DNA of 64,000 nucleotides from an uncultured Actinomycetes bacterium. Its GTDB lineage: Bacteria; Actinomycetota; Thermoleophilia; UBA2241. The translations under genes were made by a program, and so were the position numbers. Below are positions 59,237-64,000 of the stretch, piece after piece. Position 1 is the stretch's first letter. Each line of letters begins with the position of its first letter. Under the pieces are notes generated by a model. The model had not been told where the DNA came from, ran no database searches, and saw nothing but the letters and a program-made list of their open reading frames with translations. The stretch spans positions 384,001 through 448,000 of the forward strand of contig CAVPVX010000011.1 of assembly GCA_963709345.1 (NCBI GenBank), written 5' to 3'.

Positions 59237-60406
59237 TGGGCGTCGCCGGCGATCCGTCACGGCAGTCCGCCTGGACCCGGCTCCTGCCGGCCGACCCGCT
59301 CCCGTGGCTGCTGGCGGCCGAGGAGCCGGCTGCCCGCTGGGTCACGCTCGTAGAGCTGCTCGACCGGCCGGCCCGCGACCGTGAGGTGGTAGCTGCGCAC
59401 GCCGCCGTGCTGGCCGGCCCGCAGAGCGCCGACCTGCTGGGCCGCGTCGGGGACTGGGAAGCGGCGCAGCGGATCAGCGGGCACGACTCGCCGGCGTTCG
59501 CACCCAATCTCGCGCACCTGCTGCTCGATACCGGCGTCGCTCCGGCCGACGATCCGCGCCTCGATCGCCTTGCCGATCAGATGCTCGCCCACGCCGACGA
59601 CGACGGCCGCTTCGCCGCGCACGTGCCGCTTCGCGGCAAGGGCGAGTCGGCCTGGTCGGCGCTCCAGTGCGACACGTTCGCCATCGCCGGGGTCCTTGCC
59701 CGGCTGGGCCGCGGCGACGATCCCCGGTTCGGACGGGCCCTGGACCGCATCGAGGCGGACGTGGAAGAGACGACCCAGGGGCTCGCGTGGCGCTGCCGCC
59801 CGGACCCGGTGAGCCGATTCAGGGGCCCGGGTCGCAAGGCCGACTACTGCCCGATGCTCGTGGTGGAGGCACTCCGCCTGTACTCGTGGCTCCCCTTCGA
59901 GCGGCGGCCGCCGTGGCTTCTCGAGAGTGCGCGCGTACTGCTGCGCGGCTGGCGTGAGCGCGGTGCGGAGAAGCCGTACATCTTCGGTCACGGCCGGCAG
60001 TTCAAGACAGTCAAGTGGCCACCGACCTGGTATGGGGCCTGCCTCGTGCTCGACGCCGTGGGCCGGTACTCGGAGTTGTGGCGTGGGGAAGGACCACGGC
60101 GACGGCGACGGCGGCGCGGAGGCGGTGGCCGCCGACAGGCGGGCCGTCGCCGAGATCGCCGCCTGCCTCATCGCCTACAACGTCGCTGCCGACGGGCGCG
60201 TCACACCACTCTCCGCGCGGCGGGGGTTCGAGCTGCACTCATTCGGCCAGAAGAAGGCGCCGTCGCCGTGGGCGACGGCGCGCCTCTGCGTTGTGCTGCG
60301 CCGGGTCGAGGATCTCGCGGACGACATCGCCGCCGTCGACGTCCTGGCGCTGGGGAGCTCCAAGGGCGGCAGCGGCACGCCGCTGCCGCCGAGAGTCCGG
60401 CGCTGA
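59236..60406 (+). CDS. alpha/alpha-toroid (prenyltransferase/squalene cyclase-like) protein, frameshift near 60090
   Basis: DPLPWLL..EPAARW..LLD, GWRC-like segments, FGQKKAPSPWAT. Confidence 0.6.
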
Positions 60407-60467
60407 CCGGCGCCGCGAGCCATCGTCGCTCGCCACTCGGCCGCGCTTGACTCCGTCAGGTCTACAT

Positions 60468-60487
60468 TGTTCACTACACAGTGAACA
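60468..60487. promoter_or_regulatory. operator candidate for the GbsR/MarR regulator
   Basis: TGTTCACT-ACAC-AGTGAACA plus an extra AGTGAAC half-site; TTGACT at 60447. Confidence 0.6.
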
Positions 60488-60554
60488 GAGTGAACGTGGA
60501 GAACGCCGCCGCGACGCGCGCTTCGCGTGCCGGCGGCGGGACGAGGCGGTGCAC

Positions 60555-61031
60555 ATGGCGGGCAAGCGCGGTCGCAGAGCGAGCCACGAGGAGTTGTTGC
60601 GCTTCGTCGACGACGTCGCCCTTCTTTACGAGCGCGGCGGGCACTCCCGCATGGCGGGGCGCATCCTGGGCTGGCTGCTCGTGTGCGACCCGCCACACCA
60701 GACGGCCGGTCAGCTCGCCGAGGCGCTGCAGGCGAGCAAGGCGTCGATAAGCACCAACATCCGGCTGTTCGTGGACATCGGCCTCGTCGAGCGCACCACC
60801 TTCCCGCCCGACCGCAGGGACTACTACCTCATTGCCGCCGACGTGTGGCCGCATGCCATGGAGCGCACGCTACCCATGCTCGGCGACTTCCGCGATCTGG
60901 CGGGGCGCGGCGTCGGACTGGTGGGCGGCGGGGCAGCGGCAGCCCGGCTGCGCGACGCCCGGGGCTTCTACGACTACTACCAGCGCGAGACGCGCGCCTT
61001 GCTGGCGCGCTGGCGCGACGGGGACAGGTGA
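60555..61031 (+). CDS. GbsR/MarR family regulator
   Basis: SRMAGRILGWLLVCDP..QLAEALQASKASISTN..DRRDYY. Confidence 0.88.
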   Translation: MAGKRGRRASHEELLRFVDDVALLYERGGHSRMAGRILGWLLVCDPPHQTAGQLAEALQASKASISTNIRLFVDIGLVERTTFPPDRRDYYLIAADVWPHAMERTLPMLGDFRDLAGRGVGLVGGGAAAARLRDARGFYDYYQRETRALLARWRDGDR

Positions 61032-61038
61032 TGCGGGC

Positions 61039-61950
61039 ATGACGAGTGAGACGGTGGTCATCGGGACGGAGGGTCTCTCGAAGCGGTACGCGGGCGACCG
61101 CGGCATCCTCGACCTGGACCTCGAGGTCGAGAGGGGAGAGGTGTTCGGCTTTCTCGGTCCCAACGGAGCCGGCAAGACGACCACGATCCGGCTGCTGCTC
61201 GACCTGATCAGGCCGACGGCGGGCTCCGCCCGGGTCCTCGGCCTGGACAGCCGCCACGACTCCGTGGCCATACGCCGGCGCTGCGGCTACCTGCCCGGGG
61301 AGCTCAGCCTCTACGGCCGGCTCACCGGGGAAGAGACGTTGCGCTACTTCGCCGGCCTGCGCGGCGGCGTCGACTGGGCGGTCGTGCGCGACCTCGCCGA
61401 GCGCCTCGACTGCGACCTCACGCGCCGCAACGCCGACCTCTCCTCGGGCAACAAGCGCAAGCTCGGGCTGCTCCAGGCGTTCATGCACCGGCCCGAGCTC
61501 CTGATCCTCGACGAGCCCACATCGGGCCTCGATCCCCTGGTGCAACGCGAGTTCCACGCCATGGTGCGCGAGGCGCAGGCGGCGGGGCAGAGCATCTTTC
61601 TCTCGTCGCACGTGCTGCCCGAGGTGCAGCGCATCTGCGACCGCGTCGCCTTCATCCGCGAGGCTCGCCTCGTGGCGGTGGAGAACGTCGGCGACCTCGT
61701 CGGCCGCGCCGTGCGCGAGGTCGAGGTCGTGTTCGCCGGCCCCGTTGCGCCGGAGGGCTTCTCGGCGCTCCCCGGCGTGACGCTCGCTGAGGAGAACGGG
61801 GCCGGCCTGCGCCTCAAGGTCGCCGGCCCCATGAACGCCCTCGTGAAGGCCCTCGCGGCGCACGAGGTCCTGAGCCTCACCAGCCGGGAGCCGGACCTCG
61901 AGGACGTCTTCATGACGTTCTACGGCGAAGGGAGCGGCGATGCTGCGTAG
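61039..61950 (+). CDS. ABC-2 type exporter ATP-binding protein
   Basis: GPNGAGKTT, LSSGNKRK, ILDEPTSGLDP and LSSH. Confidence 0.93.
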   Translation: MTSETVVIGTEGLSKRYAGDRGILDLDLEVERGEVFGFLGPNGAGKTTTIRLLLDLIRPTAGSARVLGLDSRHDSVAIRRRCGYLPGELSLYGRLTGEETLRYFAGLRGGVDWAVVRDLAERLDCDLTRRNADLSSGNKRKLGLLQAFMHRPELLILDEPTSGLDPLVQREFHAMVREAQAAGQSIFLSSHVLPEVQRICDRVAFIREARLVAVENVGDLVGRAVREVEVVFAGPVAPEGFSALPGVTLAEENGAGLRLKVAGPMNALVKALAAHEVLSLTSREPDLEDVFMTFYGEGSGDAA

Positions 61951-62743
61951 CGTCTTTCTCAAGGGTCTGCGCGACCTGCGCCGCTCGTTCATCTTCTGGG
62001 CCTTGGGCACCGCGATCCTGCCGATCTGGCTCGGCCTCATGTATCCGAGCATCGAGAAGAGCGCCGGGGTCATGCAGGACTACCTGGAGAACATGCCCGA
62101 GGCCTTCACCAACATGTTCGTCGGCGAGGGCGGCGACTTCACCTCGCCCATGGGGTTCATCGACGCTGAGCTCTTCTCGTTCATGGGTCCCATCGTCCTC
62201 ATCGTCTTCGGTATCGCCCTGGCCGTGCGGCAGATCGCCGGCGAGGAGGAGGGCGGCACGCTCGGGCTGCTGCTTTCGTACCCGGTCTCGCGCGGGCTCC
62301 TGCTCCTTGAGAAGCTCGCGGTCACGGTCGTCGGCGTGGCCGGCATCAGCGTCGTGACGTTCGTTGCGCTGGTGCTGGGCGTGCGGATGGGCGGCGCCGA
62401 CCTCGGGGTCGGCACCATGGCCGCGGCGACGACGTCGCTCTTCCTTCTCACGCTGGCGGTGGCGGCGATCGCCTTCGCCGTCGGCGCCGCCACCGGCAGT
62501 CGCGGCGCGGCGATGGGCGTTGCGACGATCGCCGCCGCCGGGTCGTATCTGCTCAACGCCCTCGCGCCGCTGGTCGAGTCGCTCGAGCCCCTGCAGAAGG
62601 TCTCCCTCTTCTACTACTACGGCGGTGTGCAGCCGCTGCGCGAGGGGTTGCGAGCCGGCAACGTGGCGGTGCTGCTGGGGGTGACGCTCGTCGCCGTCGC
62701 CGCGTCGTACGTGCTCTTCGCACGCCGCGACGTGCGCGGCTGA
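61940..62743 (+). CDS. ABC-2 type exporter permease
   Basis: AGEEEGGTLGLLLSYPVSR; six TM segments; FARRDV end. Confidence 0.9.
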   Translation: MLRSVFLKGLRDLRRSFIFWALGTAILPIWLGLMYPSIEKSAGVMQDYLENMPEAFTNMFVGEGGDFTSPMGFIDAELFSFMGPIVLIVFGIALAVRQIAGEEEGGTLGLLLSYPVSRGLLLLEKLAVTVVGVAGISVVTFVALVLGVRMGGADLGVGTMAAATTSLFLLTLAVAAIAFAVGAATGSRGAAMGVATIAAAGSYLLNALAPLVESLEPLQKVSLFYYYGGVQPLREGLRAGNVAVLLGVTLVAVAASYVLFARRDVRG

Positions 62744-62782
62744 CGCCGACGCACGGCGTCGAGTCGGCGTGTACGGGGCGCG

Positions 62783-63442
62783 TCAGCCGCGCCCGGTGCG
62801 CGCGAGGCCCCACACGGCCAGGCTGAGGGCGACGATGAAGAGGATCACCGACAGGGTCAGGACGATGTTCGCGATCTGGTCGGTGGCCCCGAGCCAGCCG
62901 AGGTCACCGAGGATGGCGTGCCAGTCGTGACCGGCGCCGGAACCGTCGTCGCCGAACAGGGGCAGCACCATGACTTCGGCGTCGCCGATGTAGACCGAGA
63001 CGTTGTGCAGGGATTCCGCCGCCCACGCGACCATCAGGATCACGGCGAACTCGTCACGGCGCCACCAGAAGTAGCCGGCGAGGCCGAGCGGAGCAGCGAC
63101 TTGCAGGAACGAGCCGGCGAGCGAGCACAGGAGCGGCGGCGCCCAGAAGGTCAGCAGGTGGCCGAACTCGTGCACGCCGAGGTCGAAGGCCGAGAGTATG
63201 GGGATCCAGCCGCCCAGGGAGTAGGTCAGCCAGGCGAGCAGGACGGTCACGACGGCGGCGACGACCCACTGGACGGTCGTGTGCCACGGCGTCGCCCCGG
63301 GCCTCGCCGGCGGGCGGCGTGCGAGCAGGCGGCGCGCGCGGGAGGCGCGGACGCGCGCGTCCGCGCCGGTCCGCGCGCCCGCGCCGCCGCAGTGTTCGAG
63401 GGGCGGCGGCGCTTCGGCCGCCGCGCCCGGTCGCTCGGTCAT
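62783..63442 (-). CDS. membrane protein with HExxH motif (M50-like)
   Basis: VHEFGHLL, YIGDA and GHDW. Confidence 0.7.
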   Translation of the reverse strand: MTERPGAAAEAPPPLEHCGGAGARTGADARVRASRARRLLARRPPARPGATPWHTTVQWVVAAVVTVLLAWLTYSLGGWIPILSAFDLGVHEFGHLLTFWAPPLLCSLAGSFLQVAAPLGLAGYFWWRRDEFAVILMVAWAAESLHNVSVYIGDAEVMVLPLFGDDGSGAGHDWHAILGDLGWLGATDQIANIVLTLSVILFIVALSLAVWGLARTGRG

Positions 63443-63801
63443 CTGGTCTCCTCTCACCACCGGGCATCGGCAGACCGCCGCCGAGTGTTGAGCGCCGGGC
63501 GGTGATCCGTCCGTCGTCCGCCGGCGGCTACCGGTCGGCAGCCGGCCATCGGACTGCCGTCGGCCATCGGGAGCCCCGTCCGCCGGCCGCCGTGGCCTGC
63601 CGCCGGCCGCCGCTGTCTGCTCCGGCTACGGCGATGTCTGCCGGGAGCCGCTCCGCCGCGTCCGGCTCAGGCTCGCCGGCGCACGATGGCCTGCGACGAC
63701 GGGCCTTCGTGCCCATGCGGCACGGGAACCCCGGCTCCGACCTCTCTGAGTGAGAGAGTCCGGCGCCTCGCGGCCATGGGGCAGGGAATCTGGAGGATCT
63801 G

Positions 63802-64000
63802 ATGGACGTGCTCATCGCGCATCATGGAGAAGCGCCCCGCAAGGGACTTGTGACGGCCCTGAGCGGGCAGGAATACGAACTCCTCGAGGTCACCGGCGGC
63901 GATGAAGCCCTCGGCCTGCTTCTCGCCGGTGATGCGCCGCGCGTCGCACTCGTCGATTGGGATCTCCCCGGCATCGACGGACCGGAGCTGTGCCGGCTGG
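63802..64000 (+). CDS. response regulator receiver domain (runs off the right edge)
   Basis: GGAGG RBS; MDVLIA..GDEAL..ALVDWDLPGIDGPELCR. Confidence 0.8.
   Translation, partial: MDVLIAHHGEAPRKGLVTALSGQEYELLEVTGGDEALGLLLAGDAPRVALVDWDLPGIDGPELCRL

Noticed and set aside
63480-63700. Structured RNA in the GC-rich intergenic region
   Set aside because: Only short GCCGGC-type repeats expected at this GC content.

Overview
High-GC bacterial chromosomal window. Codon style, IPT/TIG and DUF3089 surface proteins and leaderless promoters suggest an Actinomycetota-type organism (inference only). Scattered single-base frameshifts suggest a long-read or metagenome consensus. Layout: (1) 1-19.1 kb, amine metabolism: a TetR-regulated hydrolase pair, agmatinase, PLP decarboxylase and an RpiR-led GS-like / amidohydrolase / M20 / Liv-type ABC / aminotransferase / amidase operon. 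(2) 19.4-30.4 kb, a mixed accessory stretch: PfkB-like+AAA ATPase, PAS-GGDEF, IPT/TIG protein, pepD, APC permease and gene relics. (3) 30.4-45.6 kb, a defence / toxin-antitoxin island made of two back-to-back cassette arrays. Leftwards, a nuclease-DUF2075 helicase gene and an SRA gene are followed by three near-identical orphan helicase 3' ends, each tied to DUF3800 remains and a conserved hairpin. Rightwards, a repeated small Cys-motif gene separates NYN, XRE-ImmA-PIN and MNT-HEPN cassettes. (4) 45.7-64 kb: a ferredoxin / flavoprotein / 12-heme cytochrome operon, an SCP2-like / aminotransferase / split transketolase operon, an ABC exporter and regulators. No rRNA, tRNA, CRISPR array, integrase or transposase was recognised. 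All family calls come from motif recognition by eye, not from database searches.
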